From the NCBI GenBank assembly GCA_965140705.1, contig OZ223300.1:512001-576000 (forward strand): 64,000 nucleotides of DNA, in the 5' to 3' direction. A program made the translations under genes and the position numbers. The notes beneath the pieces are model-generated. The model was not told where the DNA came from. It searched no databases and worked only from the letters and a program-made list of their open reading frames with translations. The stretch is from an uncultured Arcobacter sp. GTDB lineage: Bacteria > Campylobacterota > Campylobacteria > Campylobacterales > Arcobacteraceae. Below are positions 11,356 through 20,554 of the stretch, piece after piece; position 1 is the first letter of the stretch; every line of letters starts with the position of its first letter.

Positions 11356-13410
11356 ATGTCAGAAATTTTTTTATCAGGTTTAAATGAATCACAACAAAAA
11401 GCAGCTAAACATATTGATGGTTCTTTATTAATTTTAGCAGGGGCTGGCTCTGGTAAAACTAAAACTATCACGACAAGATTAGCTTACTTAATATCAATAG
11501 GGATAGACCCTACTTCAATTCTAACATTAACTTTTACAAATAAAGCTGCAACTGAAATGAGGGAGAGAGCTTACGCTATGATTGGCTCAAATATGAGTAC
11601 CCCTCCAATTTTATGTACTTTTCACAAATTTGGTTTACTGTTTTTAAAATTTTATATGAGTGAATTAAATAGAAAGAATAATTTTATAATCATAGATACA
11701 GATGACAAAAAAAGAATACTTAGAACCATAGAAAAAGATATCCCTGTTGCTATGTTAGTTTCAGAAATTTCAAAATATAAAAATACTTTATTAACTCCTC
11801 TTCAAGTAAAAGCTGGAGCTGAACTTAAGATTTATCAACAAGTGGCAGATGTATATGAAAAGTATGAGAATTATTTGTTGAAAAACAATCTTGTTGATTT
11901 TGATGATTTACTTTTATTACCATACAAAATATTATCAAACAATGAAGCTTTGGCAAAAGAGACAAGTGCTAAATATCAGTATATTATGGTAGATGAGTAT
12001 CAAGATACAAATGAACTACAGTATAAACTTTTAAGATTACTTTGTATGACACATAGTAATTTATGTGTTGTGGGTGATGATGACCAATCTATTTATGGCT
12101 GGCGTGGTGCAACTATAAAAAATATTTTAAATTTTACAGAACACTTTGAAAATACTTTAGTTGTAAAACTTGAGGAAAACTACAGATCAACAGATACTAT
12201 TCTAGATCATGCAAATCAGTTAATAGAGCATAATCGTGATAGATTAGGTAAAAGATTAATAGGAACAAGGGCAAAGGGTGATAGCGTAAGAGTTTATGAA
12301 TCACATGATGAAAATGAAGAGACTAGAAAAATAATTGAAGATATCAAAAAACTTTTAGACAGTGGAGTAAGAGGTAGAGATATTGCTGTATTATTTAGGG
12401 TTAATGCCCTTTCAAGATCATTAGAAGAGGGCTTTAACAAAGCTGGATTAAACTATAAACTTGTAGGTGGTATGAAGTTCTACGAAAGAGCAGAAATAAA
12501 AGATTTGATTGCTTATTTTAGAATTATAACAAACTCATATGACAATTTTTCATTTAAAAGAATTATAAACAAGCCAAAAAGAGGTATAGGGAAAACTACA
12601 GTTGATAAACTTGAAGCAAAATCAATTGAACTTAAAAAACCTATTTTTGAAATAATTGATGAATTTTCACCTGATGAGTTAAGTGCTATTGTTGGAAAGA
12701 AAAATTCAAGAACATTAAAAGTATTTTTAGCCTCGATTCTAGATTTAAAAGATACATTAGAAGAGTCTAAAATGAGATTTTTAGATATATTTGAGGATAC
12801 TTTTGATTTTAGGGCTTCCTTTGAAAATCTTCCAGATGGATTTGAAAGACAAGCAAATATTGATGAGTTTTATGGGTATGTTAGAGATTATTTTATTCAA
12901 AATCCTCTTTTAGAATTAGATAATTTTTTAAATGAAATTGCACTAGGAACAGAAGATACTGAACTTGAAAATGAAGCAATATCAATGATGAGTATTCATG
13001 CTGCAAAAGGTTTAGAGTATAAAAATTTATTTATTATAGGTATGGAAGAGGGTTTTTTCCCAATAATTGGAGATGGAAGTGACACAGAAGAAGAGAGAAG
13101 GTTAGGGTACGTAGCATTTACAAGGGCTATGGATAATCTTACTTGTAGTTTTGTTCACTCTAGATTTTATAAAGGGAAAAGAACTTCTTTATTAAAGAGT
13201 AGATTTTTAGCAGAATCAGGACTAATTAAAGGTTCATTAATGATTCAACAGCAATCATCATCATTCAAAAAAGGTGATTTAGTGAAACACAAAATTTTTG
13301 GAATGGGAAGGGTACAAAAAGCTGTTAAAGCTGGAAAAGACTTTAAGCTTACAATTAATTTTGGTGGAACAAAAAGAGATATTTTATCAGCATTTGTAGA
13401 AAAAGCTTAA
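11356..13410 (+). CDS. uvrD: UvrD/Rep/PcrA-family ATP-dependent DNA helicase
   Basis: AGAGSGKT, LTFTNKAA, VDEYQD, GDDDQSIY, ENYRS, HAAKGLE, EERRL. Confidence 0.92.
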   Translation: MSEIFLSGLNESQQKAAKHIDGSLLILAGAGSGKTKTITTRLAYLISIGIDPTSILTLTFTNKAATEMRERAYAMIGSNMSTPPILCTFHKFGLLFLKFYMSELNRKNNFIIIDTDDKKRILRTIEKDIPVAMLVSEISKYKNTLLTPLQVKAGAELKIYQQVADVYEKYENYLLKNNLVDFDDLLLLPYKILSNNEALAKETSAKYQYIMVDEYQDTNELQYKLLRLLCMTHSNLCVVGDDDQSIYGWRGATIKNILNFTEHFENTLVVKLEENYRSTDTILDHANQLIEHNRDRLGKRLIGTRAKGDSVRVYESHDENEETRKIIEDIKKLLDSGVRGRDIAVLFRVNALSRSLEEGFNKAGLNYKLVGGMKFYERAEIKDLIAYFRIITNSYDNFSFKRIINKPKRGIGKTTVDKLEAKSIELKKPIFEIIDEFSPDELSAIVGKKNSRTLKVFLASILDLKDTLEESKMRFLDIFEDTFDFRASFENLPDGFERQANIDEFYGYVRDYFIQNPLLELDNFLNEIALGTEDTELENEAISMMSIHAAKGLEYKNLFIIGMEEGFFPIIGDGSDTEEERRLGYVAFTRAMDNLTCSFVHSRFYKGKRTSLLKSRFLAESGLIKGSLMIQQQSSSFKKGDLVKHKIFGMGRVQKAVKAGKDFKLTINFGGTKRDILSAFVEKA

Positions 13411-13417
13411 GAGTTCC

Positions 13418-14266
13418 ATGCAAAAAAGAGTTTATAATAAAGAAACATTAAATAAATTAATTGTTGTAAATAAACCTATGTTTATGAGTTCAAATTCTTA
13501 TTTGAACAGAATAAAAAGAAAATATAAAAATAAAAAAGCTGGCTTTTCAGGGACTTTAGATCCTTTTGCAAAAGGGTGTTTAATTGTAGCCTTTGGACAA
13601 TACTCAAAGCTTTTTCAGTTTTTAAAAAAGACTCCAAAAACTTATAGAGCAGTTATTTGGTTGGGAGCTATTTCTGAATCTTTAGATATAGAGAATATCA
13701 CTTCTATAAATGAACACAATAAATTAAAAATTGATGATATAAAAAATGAGATAAAGAATTTACAAAGGGAGATAGAATATCATCCTCCCAAATTTTCTGC
13801 TAAAAAAATAGATGGTGAGAGAGCCTATAAATTAGCTAGAGAGGGTAAAGAAATTGAACTAAAAAAAAGTATTATGAAAGTTTTTAATACAAAGTTCATT
13901 TCATATAATCATCCCTTTATAACTTTTGAGGCAAGTGTTAGTGAGGGAAGTTATATTAGAAGCTTAGCCCAGATTTTATTGGAAAAGTTAAATTCAATAG
14001 GTACTTTATCTTATCTAAATAGATTAAATGAAGGAGAGTTTTTTTATCAAAATGAAAAAGATTTAAATCCTTTGGATTATTTAGATATAAAACAGATAAA
14101 TTATAGTGGTGAAAAATCATATTTCGAACAGGGTAAAAGAATCTTGTGTGAATATTTAGATGAAAAAGAAGATGGTAAGTATTTAGTTAAATTTGATGAT
14201 TTCTTTTCTATAATTGAAATAAGCAATTGTGAAGTAAAATATATATTAAACAAGGTAATGATATAA
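13418..14266 (+). CDS. truB: tRNA pseudouridine(55) synthase
   Basis: KAGFSGTLDPFA, PPKFSAKKIDG, GSYIRSLA. Confidence 0.93.
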   Translation: MQKRVYNKETLNKLIVVNKPMFMSSNSYLNRIKRKYKNKKAGFSGTLDPFAKGCLIVAFGQYSKLFQFLKKTPKTYRAVIWLGAISESLDIENITSINEHNKLKIDDIKNEIKNLQREIEYHPPKFSAKKIDGERAYKLAREGKEIELKKSIMKVFNTKFISYNHPFITFEASVSEGSYIRSLAQILLEKLNSIGTLSYLNRLNEGEFFYQNEKDLNPLDYLDIKQINYSGEKSYFEQGKRILCEYLDEKEDGKYLVKFDDFFSIIEISNCEVKYILNKVMI

Positions 14267-15043
14267 ATGAATATAAGTGCTAAATCATATGCAAAAGTTA
14301 ATATTTTTTTGAAAATAGCAGGTATGAGAGATAGTTATCATGAACTAGTCTCTAGATTTGTAAGAGTAAAAAATTTATATGATACTATTACTTTTGTTCC
14401 AGAAAATAAAACAAATGAGTTTAATCTTATTGGTGATTTTGGATGTGAAACACAAAAAAATACAATCTATAAAGCATTTTTGGCTTTAAGGGATAATTGT
14501 CCTAAAATAGATGCTTATTTTAGGGTTTATAGTATTAAAGTAGATAAAAAGATTCCAGAGTTTGCAGGACTTGGTGGTGGAAGTTCAAATGCTGCAACTT
14601 TTTTAATAATGGCAAATAAGCTATTTAATTTATATTATTCAAAAGAAAAGCTGGCAAAAATTGGTGCAAAGATTGGTGCGGATGTTCCTTTTTTTATATA
14701 TGAGTATGATAGTGCAAATGTAACAGGTATTGGTGAAATAGTTGAAAAGTATGAAGAAGAAGTTCTTGATATAGAAGTTGTAACTCCTAAAATTGAGTGT
14801 AATACAGGTAAAATATTTACTTCATTTAGAGAAAGTTTTTATAAAGAGATTTCAAGCGAAATGAAAAATAGACTTTTAAGTATGAATTCAAAAGATATTT
14901 TAAAAGAACTTAATATCTTTGAAGCAAATGATTTATATGAACCAGCATTAAAAAGTTATCCACAACTTAAAGAGTATGCAAAAAATGATTGGTTTTTTAG
15001 TGGAAGTGGAAGTAGTTTTTTTAAGGTGAAAGATAATGGCTAA
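14267..15043 (+). CDS. ispE: 4-(CDP)-2-C-methyl-D-erythritol kinase
   Basis: [31 protein letters not shown]. Confidence 0.94.
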   Translation: MNISAKSYAKVNIFLKIAGMRDSYHELVSRFVRVKNLYDTITFVPENKTNEFNLIGDFGCETQKNTIYKAFLALRDNCPKIDAYFRVYSIKVDKKIPEFAGLGGGSSNAATFLIMANKLFNLYYSKEKLAKIGAKIGADVPFFIYEYDSANVTGIGEIVEKYEEEVLDIEVVTPKIECNTGKIFTSFRESFYKEISSEMKNRLLSMNSKDILKELNIFEANDLYEPALKSYPQLKEYAKNDWFFSGSGSSFFKVKDNG

Positions 15044-15506
15044 GAAAGAAAAAAATATTAATTTAACATTTAAGAATAAAAAGGCATTTCATGATTATTT
15101 TATACTTGAAAGTTTTGAAGCAGGTATAGAACTTCTAGGAAGTGAAGTAAAATCTATAAGAGAAGGAAGAGTGAATTTAAAAGATTCTTACATAAGAATC
15201 ATAAAAAATGAAGTCTTTGTTTTGAATATGCATATTTCATATTTAGAGACTACTCATGCCATGTATAGACCTGAAGAAACAAGACCTAGAAAACTGCTTT
15301 TACATAGAAAACAAATAGATAAACTTTTTGAAAAAGTAACTAAAGATGGAATAACGATAGTGCCCTTAAAACTGTACTTTAACGCTAAAAATTTTGCCAA
15401 ATTACAAATAGCAACTGCACAGGGTAAAAAGCTTTATGATAAAAGAGCTGACCTAAAAGAAAAAAGTTTAAAAAGAGAATCAGAACAAGCAATAAAAAAT
15501 TGGTAA
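15036..15506 (+). CDS. smpB: SsrA-binding protein
   Basis: [35 protein letters not shown]. Confidence 0.97.
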   Translation: MAKKEKNINLTFKNKKAFHDYFILESFEAGIELLGSEVKSIREGRVNLKDSYIRIIKNEVFVLNMHISYLETTHAMYRPEETRPRKLLLHRKQIDKLFEKVTKDGITIVPLKLYFNAKNFAKLQIATAQGKKLYDKRADLKEKSLKRESEQAIKNW

Positions 15507-15565
15507 AATTTTCATTTTTTTACTCTAGTTTTTAGTGTAAAATAGTAAATAATCGAATTAGTTAC

Positions 15566-15701
15566 TTTTAGTAATATTAAATAAGTCTTAAAAAATATTA
15601 CTAAAATAAAAAATAATGTTTAAGCTAATATTTATACCTAATTCGTTAGTATCTTTTCATAAGTGACAGTTCTGTGACTTGTATAAAAAAATTAGTAGGA
15701 G
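15566..15701 (+). promoter_or_regulatory. Putative ccoN promoter and leader: 13-bp inverted repeat, candidate -10, 5' hairpin and SD
   Basis: ttttagtaatatt (15566-15578) / aatattactaaaa (15594-15606); TAGTAT 15647-15652; hairpin 15661-15680; AGGAGG starting at 15697. Confidence 0.5.
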
Positions 15702-15708
15702 GAGATTG

Positions 15709-17175
15709 ATGCAAAACGGTGCACAAATCGAGTATGATTACTCAATTGCAAAAGCCTTTACATTTGCAACAATTCTGTTTGGTATCATTGGTATGTTAGT
15801 TGGTGTTATTCTAGCATTCCAACTAGCATTCCCTCAGTTAAATGAATTAGCTGGAGAATATGGTACTTTTAGTAGATTAAGACCTTTACACACAAATGGT
15901 GTTGCGTTTGGTTTTACTCTTAGTGGTATTTTTGCTACATGGTATTACATCTCTCAAAGAGTTTTAAAAGTTTCTTTGAAAGAATCACCATTTTTAATGG
16001 CCATTGGTAAATTACATTTTTTACTTTATTTCATTACAATTCTTTTAGCTGTTGTTACACTTTTAGCTGGTATTACAACTTCAAAAGAGTATGCTGAATT
16101 AGAGTGGCCTATAGACATACTAGTAGTACTTTGGTGGGTGTTATGGGGTATTAGTATTTTTGGACTAATTGGTATTAGAAGAGAAAGAACATTATATATC
16201 TCTATTTGGTATTTTATTGCATCATTCTTAGCAGTTGCTATGTTATATTTATTTAATAACATGGAAGTACCAACAGCATTAGTTTCTGGATATGGTTCAT
16301 GGATGCACTCAGTATCAATGTATTCAGGTACAAATGATGCTTTAGTACAATGGTGGTATGGGCATAATGCGGTTGGTTTTGTATTCACAGTTCCAATTAT
16401 TGCAATGATTTACTACTTTTTACCAAAAGAGTCAGGACAAAATGTTTATTCATATAAGTTATCTATCTTAGCTTTCTGGGGATTATTGTTTGTTTATTTA
16501 TGGGCTGGTGGTCACCACCTTATTTATTCAACTGTTCCTGATTGGATGCAAACTATGGGTTCTGTTATGTCAGTTGTTTTAATTTTACCATCATGGGGAT
16601 CAGCTATTAATATGCTTTTAACAATGAAGGGTGAATGGCAACAATTACAAACAAATACCTTAATTAAATTTATGATTTTAGCATCAACATTTTATATGCT
16701 ATCAACAATTGAAGGTCCAATTCAATCAATTAAATCAGTTAATGCGATTGCTCACTTTACAGATTGGATTCCAGGACATGTACATGATGGTACATTAGGT
16801 TGGGTTACATTTATGGTTATGGCTGCCTTATATCATATGGCTCCAAGAATGTACGGTAGAGAGCTTTATTCTAAATCGTTAATGGATACACAATTTTGGT
16901 TACAAACTACAGGTATCGTATTGTACTTTACATCTATGTGGATAGCAGGTATTACACAAGGTATGATGTGGAGAGCATATGATGAATATGGTTCATTAGT
17001 TTACTCTTTCATAGATACAGTTACAGTATTAAAACCATACTATACAATTAGAGCTGTTGGTGGATTATTGTACTTAATTGGTTTCTTTATGTTTGCATAT
17101 AATATGTATAAAACGGCAACTGCAGGTAGAGTTCTTGATAAAGAACCAATCAATGCAACGCCAGTAGCCGCATAA
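15709..17175 (+). CDS. ccoN: cbb3-type cytochrome c oxidase subunit I
   Basis: RLRPLHT, QWWYGHNAVGF, WAGGHH, GHVH; start reassigned to the ATG after AGGAGG. Confidence 0.97.
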   Translation: MQNGAQIEYDYSIAKAFTFATILFGIIGMLVGVILAFQLAFPQLNELAGEYGTFSRLRPLHTNGVAFGFTLSGIFATWYYISQRVLKVSLKESPFLMAIGKLHFLLYFITILLAVVTLLAGITTSKEYAELEWPIDILVVLWWVLWGISIFGLIGIRRERTLYISIWYFIASFLAVAMLYLFNNMEVPTALVSGYGSWMHSVSMYSGTNDALVQWWYGHNAVGFVFTVPIIAMIYYFLPKESGQNVYSYKLSILAFWGLLFVYLWAGGHHLIYSTVPDWMQTMGSVMSVVLILPSWGSAINMLLTMKGEWQQLQTNTLIKFMILASTFYMLSTIEGPIQSIKSVNAIAHFTDWIPGHVHDGTLGWVTFMVMAALYHMAPRMYGRELYSKSLMDTQFWLQTTGIVLYFTSMWIAGITQGMMWRAYDEYGSLVYSFIDTVTVLKPYYTIRAVGGLLYLIGFFMFAYNMYKTATAGRVLDKEPINATPVAA

Positions 17176-17190
17176 GAAGGAGGAATTATT

Positions 17191-17874
17191 ATGTTTCATT
17201 GGTTCGAACAAAGACCGTTTTTCTTTGCGGTATTAGTATTTATATTTATATCTTTTGCAGGTATCATAGAAGTTATACCAGATTTTGCAAAACAGAGTAG
17301 ACCAACAGTTGGTACAAAACCATATACTGTTTTAGAGTTAGCAGGTAGAAATGTTTATATAAAAGATTCATGTAATGCTTGTCACTCACAATTAATTAGA
17401 CCATTTAAATCAGAGACTGATAGATATGGTATGTATTCGCTGTCAGGTGAGTATGTTTATGATAGACCATTTTTATGGGGATCAAAAAGAACAGGTCCAG
17501 ATTTACATAGAGTTGGGAATTATAGAACAACAGATTGGCATGAGAATCATATGATGGATCCAGCATCAGTAGTACCAGGTTCAATTATGCCATCGTATGC
17601 ACATCAGTTTACAAACTTGGCAGATATTGATACTGCATATGGAGAAGCAGTTACAGTAAAAAAAGTATTTAATACTCCATATGATGTAGATTTAAATGGA
17701 GATGGGAAAATTGATGTTCCATTAGGGACTTATGAAGAGGCAAAAGCTGAGACTTTAAAAGAGGCGAAAGCAATTGCTGCTGATATGAAAAATCAAGCTG
17801 TAAAAGATGCCGTTGCTAACGGTAAGATTCCTGAGATTGTAGCGCTTATTGCGTATTTGAATTCTTTAAAATAA
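17191..17874 (+). CDS. ccoO: cbb3-type oxidase subunit II (monoheme c)
   Basis: CNACHSQ, WGSKRTGPDL, SIMPSY. Confidence 0.96.
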   Translation: MFHWFEQRPFFFAVLVFIFISFAGIIEVIPDFAKQSRPTVGTKPYTVLELAGRNVYIKDSCNACHSQLIRPFKSETDRYGMYSLSGEYVYDRPFLWGSKRTGPDLHRVGNYRTTDWHENHMMDPASVVPGSIMPSYAHQFTNLADIDTAYGEAVTVKKVFNTPYDVDLNGDGKIDVPLGTYEEAKAETLKEAKAIAADMKNQAVKDAVANGKIPEIVALIAYLNSLK

Positions 17875-17883
17875 GAGGTTATT

Positions 17884-18108
17884 ATGAGTCATCAAGAACT
17901 AGTTGATTTACAAGGGTATTTGAAATTTTTTCTTTTACTTGTAGTATTTATTATCTTTTACTCTTACGCTTACTCTATATATAGTAGAGATAAAAAGGGT
18001 AAGAGAGATTTTGAGAAATATTCAAACTTGGTACACGATGATTCAATTGACTCTGAACCTCTTGAAGATAGAAACAACAATTTAGACGAAAAAGAGAAGG
18101 AGAAATAG
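17884..18108 (+). CDS. ccoQ: cbb3-type oxidase small subunit
   Basis: Single TM helix; lies between ccoO and ccoP. Confidence 0.85.
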   Translation: MSHQELVDLQGYLKFFLLLVVFIIFYSYAYSIYSRDKKGKRDFEKYSNLVHDDSIDSEPLEDRNNNLDEKEKEK

Positions 18109-18109
18109 T

Positions 18110-19000
18110 ATGAAATCTATGGTAATAGGTGGAATTATTCTTATCGTCGCTTTATTAGCAGGAACTTACTTTGTTGCAGGTGATGCTTTTAATAGTGATG
18201 ATTATATCAATAGTTTAACAATGCTTGGTGCAGTTGCAATTATTACAATTACAGTATTTGTTGCACTTAAGTATGTTAATCAAATAAAAAATGATACTGC
18301 TGGTGGTGAGTTAGCAGAAGAAAAATGGGATGGAATTGGTGAGTATAAAAACCCAATTCCAACAGGTTGGGGATTAGCATTTATTGGAACAATTGTTTGG
18401 TTATTTTGGTACTTAACAATTGGTTATCCAACAAATGGATTCTCTCAAATTGGTCAATGGAATGAAGAAACTATTGATTTTAATAAGAAGTTTGAGTCAA
18501 AATGGGAAAACCCATCTAATGAAACTTTAACTGCAATGGGTGAATCAGTGTTCTTAGTACAATGTTCTCCTTGTCATGGTGTTGATGCAGAAGGTATTAA
18601 TGGAAAAGCTCAAAACTTAACAAAAAGAATGTCAGAAGCATCTGTTGCATATGTAATCAAAAATGGTGCAAACAATCTTAAAACAGTATATCCAGGTGGT
18701 ATGCCTCCAATGATGTTAACAGATGAAAAAGATATTAAAGCAGTATCTTCATATGTTGCAGGTGGATTTAAAGGTGAACAACCAGCTGCATTTGGTGTAT
18801 GTGCAGGTTGTCATGGTGCAGATGGAAAAGGTATGGCATATGTTGCTCCTAATATTAGAAACTATACAGCAGATTTAATTTCAGCAGTATTAGAAAATGG
18901 TAAAAAAGGTGCTATCGGTCAAATGCCATCATTCAAAGGTAGATTAAATGCTACACAAGAAAAAGCAGTTGCTGCTTATATTAAAAGTTTAGGAGAGTAA
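18110..19000 (+). CDS. ccoP: cbb3-type oxidase subunit III (diheme c)
   Basis: WDGIGEYKNP, CSPCH and CAGCH heme motifs. Confidence 0.95.
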   Translation: MKSMVIGGIILIVALLAGTYFVAGDAFNSDDYINSLTMLGAVAIITITVFVALKYVNQIKNDTAGGELAEEKWDGIGEYKNPIPTGWGLAFIGTIVWLFWYLTIGYPTNGFSQIGQWNEETIDFNKKFESKWENPSNETLTAMGESVFLVQCSPCHGVDAEGINGKAQNLTKRMSEASVAYVIKNGANNLKTVYPGGMPPMMLTDEKDIKAVSSYVAGGFKGEQPAAFGVCAGCHGADGKGMAYVAPNIRNYTADLISAVLENGKKGAIGQMPSFKGRLNATQEKAVAAYIKSLGE

Positions 19001-19001
19001 T

Positions 19002-19244
19002 ATGGCTAAAAATTCTCAAATGAACGAAAATGAGAGAGGTATCTTTGCTCTTAGTGGAATTACAGGTATGTTGATTGCTACAGTTTTATTATTGTCTATT
19101 CTTGCTTTTTTAACAATAAATGCAATAGGTGTTCAACAGAATGAAGCACAAAACTTCTATAAGATCAACCAAGACTTAACTGGTCTTAAAGCTAATAGTC
19201 CTGACAATTCAAGTCAGTATGAGCTTGTTGGTAAAGTGAAGTAA
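19002..19244 (+). CDS. Small membrane protein of the Campylobacterota cco locus (DUF4006-like)
   Basis: FALSGITGMLIATVLLLSIL helix; position directly after ccoP. Confidence 0.75.
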   Translation: MAKNSQMNENERGIFALSGITGMLIATVLLLSILAFLTINAIGVQQNEAQNFYKINQDLTGLKANSPDNSSQYELVGKVK

Positions 19245-19254
19245 GGAGTAAACA

Positions 19255-19347
19255 ATGGATAAAATTATCGGACTATTATTATTAGGTTCAGCTTTTCTTA
19301 CTGCCTATTTAGCATTTTTTGATTCTTCAAGAGTTTTTGTAGGATAA
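19255..19347 (+). CDS. 30-aa single-TM small protein (MDKIIGLLLLGSAFLTAYLAFFDSSRVFVG), not in ORF track
   Basis: AAGGAG SD upstream of ATG; hydrophobic core; TAA abuts the next ATG; fills the gap. Confidence 0.8.
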   Translation: MDKIIGLLLLGSAFLTAYLAFFDSSRVFVG

Positions 19348-19986
19348 ATGAAAGCTTTCAACATCTTAAAAATAGCAGTGTTATCACTGCTATTTTTTTT
19401 AATCCCACTAAATGCAAGCATAAATAAGTATGTATTATCAGATGATGTTATAATCGATCCAAGAACATCACAAAAAATACTTGAAATTGGATCTGAAGTA
19501 AAAGAAAAAACAAATGTAAATTTGTATGTATATGTAAAAACTGATTTAGGAATAGATAAAAATATTCCTATGAAAGAAAAAATACAATTAATAAAAAAAG
19601 AAGAGACTGAATTAACTTCAACTCTAAAAAAACCTTATGCAGTATTAGTAGTAGCATTAGAACAAATGCATGTTAATCTACTTATGTCTGAAAAACTTAA
19701 AAAGATAATTAACAAAGATGATATTTTAGATGGTTATGTTGTGCCATTACTCGCTTCAAAAGATAAAAATACACTTTTTACAAAAGTTAGTGCTGCTGTA
19801 TTAAATGGCTATGCTGAAATGGCTGATGATGTTGCACATGCTAATGGAATTGAAAAACTTGAATCAGGAATTCCAAATTCAGGTAAAACTGCTGGAACAA
19901 TATGGAAAGTATTTATGTATACTTTAGTTATACTTGGGATATTTTTCTATACTTTTGCAGTATTGAGATCAAAAAAGAAAAAATAG
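19348..19986 (+). CDS. Conserved membrane-anchored periplasmic protein of the cco locus (possibly TPM-like)
   Basis: Signal peptide, soluble domain, C-terminal TM helix with basic tail. Confidence 0.6.
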   Translation: MKAFNILKIAVLSLLFFLIPLNASINKYVLSDDVIIDPRTSQKILEIGSEVKEKTNVNLYVYVKTDLGIDKNIPMKEKIQLIKKEETELTSTLKKPYAVLVVALEQMHVNLLMSEKLKKIINKDDILDGYVVPLLASKDKNTLFTKVSAAVLNGYAEMADDVAHANGIEKLESGIPNSGKTAGTIWKVFMYTLVILGIFFYTFAVLRSKKKK

Positions 19987-19993
19987 GTAATAA

Positions 19994-20554
19994 ATGAAAA
20001 AGAGAAATTATTGGCCATTATTTTTTATAGCTATATTTACATTTACATTTTCAATGGTAATTTGGACAGTTATGTCAGCTATAAAAACACCAGTACATGA
20101 GGATAAATCATTTTTAAGTTCATATCATATTATGGATGTGGAGTTTAATGATATAGTTGATTATAATAAAAAATTTACAAAAAAATATAATCTAAAAATG
20201 AAAATTAATGATAAAGAGTTTGATGGCTTAATAATAAATGATGTCTTTTTATCTCAAAGAGTTATTGACCATGAATCAATGCATAAAGATATTTTTAAAA
20301 AAGGTATTAATAATATCTCTTTTGATTTAACAACTAAAGATGGAGTGGAAGTTCCAAATTTTAAAATAAGTTTTAAAGTTACAAGAACTACAAATAGTTA
20401 TTCTGATATTGATATGAATAATGACAAAAACAAGAATAAAAAATTCACTTTCAATTTAGATAAAGCTGGTAATTGGAATATTACTGGAATACTTGATACA
20501 AATGATGGAGAAAAAGGTTTCTTTTATATAAAATCTAATGCTACAGACAAGTAA
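19994..20554 (+). CDS. ccoH: FixH/CcoH-like cbb3 assembly protein
   Basis: N-terminal YWP plus TM helix; C-terminal GNW beta-domain; cco locus position. Confidence 0.7.
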   Translation: MKKRNYWPLFFIAIFTFTFSMVIWTVMSAIKTPVHEDKSFLSSYHIMDVEFNDIVDYNKKFTKKYNLKMKINDKEFDGLIINDVFLSQRVIDHESMHKDIFKKGINNISFDLTTKDGVEVPNFKISFKVTRTTNSYSDIDMNNDKNKNKKFTFNLDKAGNWNITGILDTNDGEKGFFYIKSNATDK

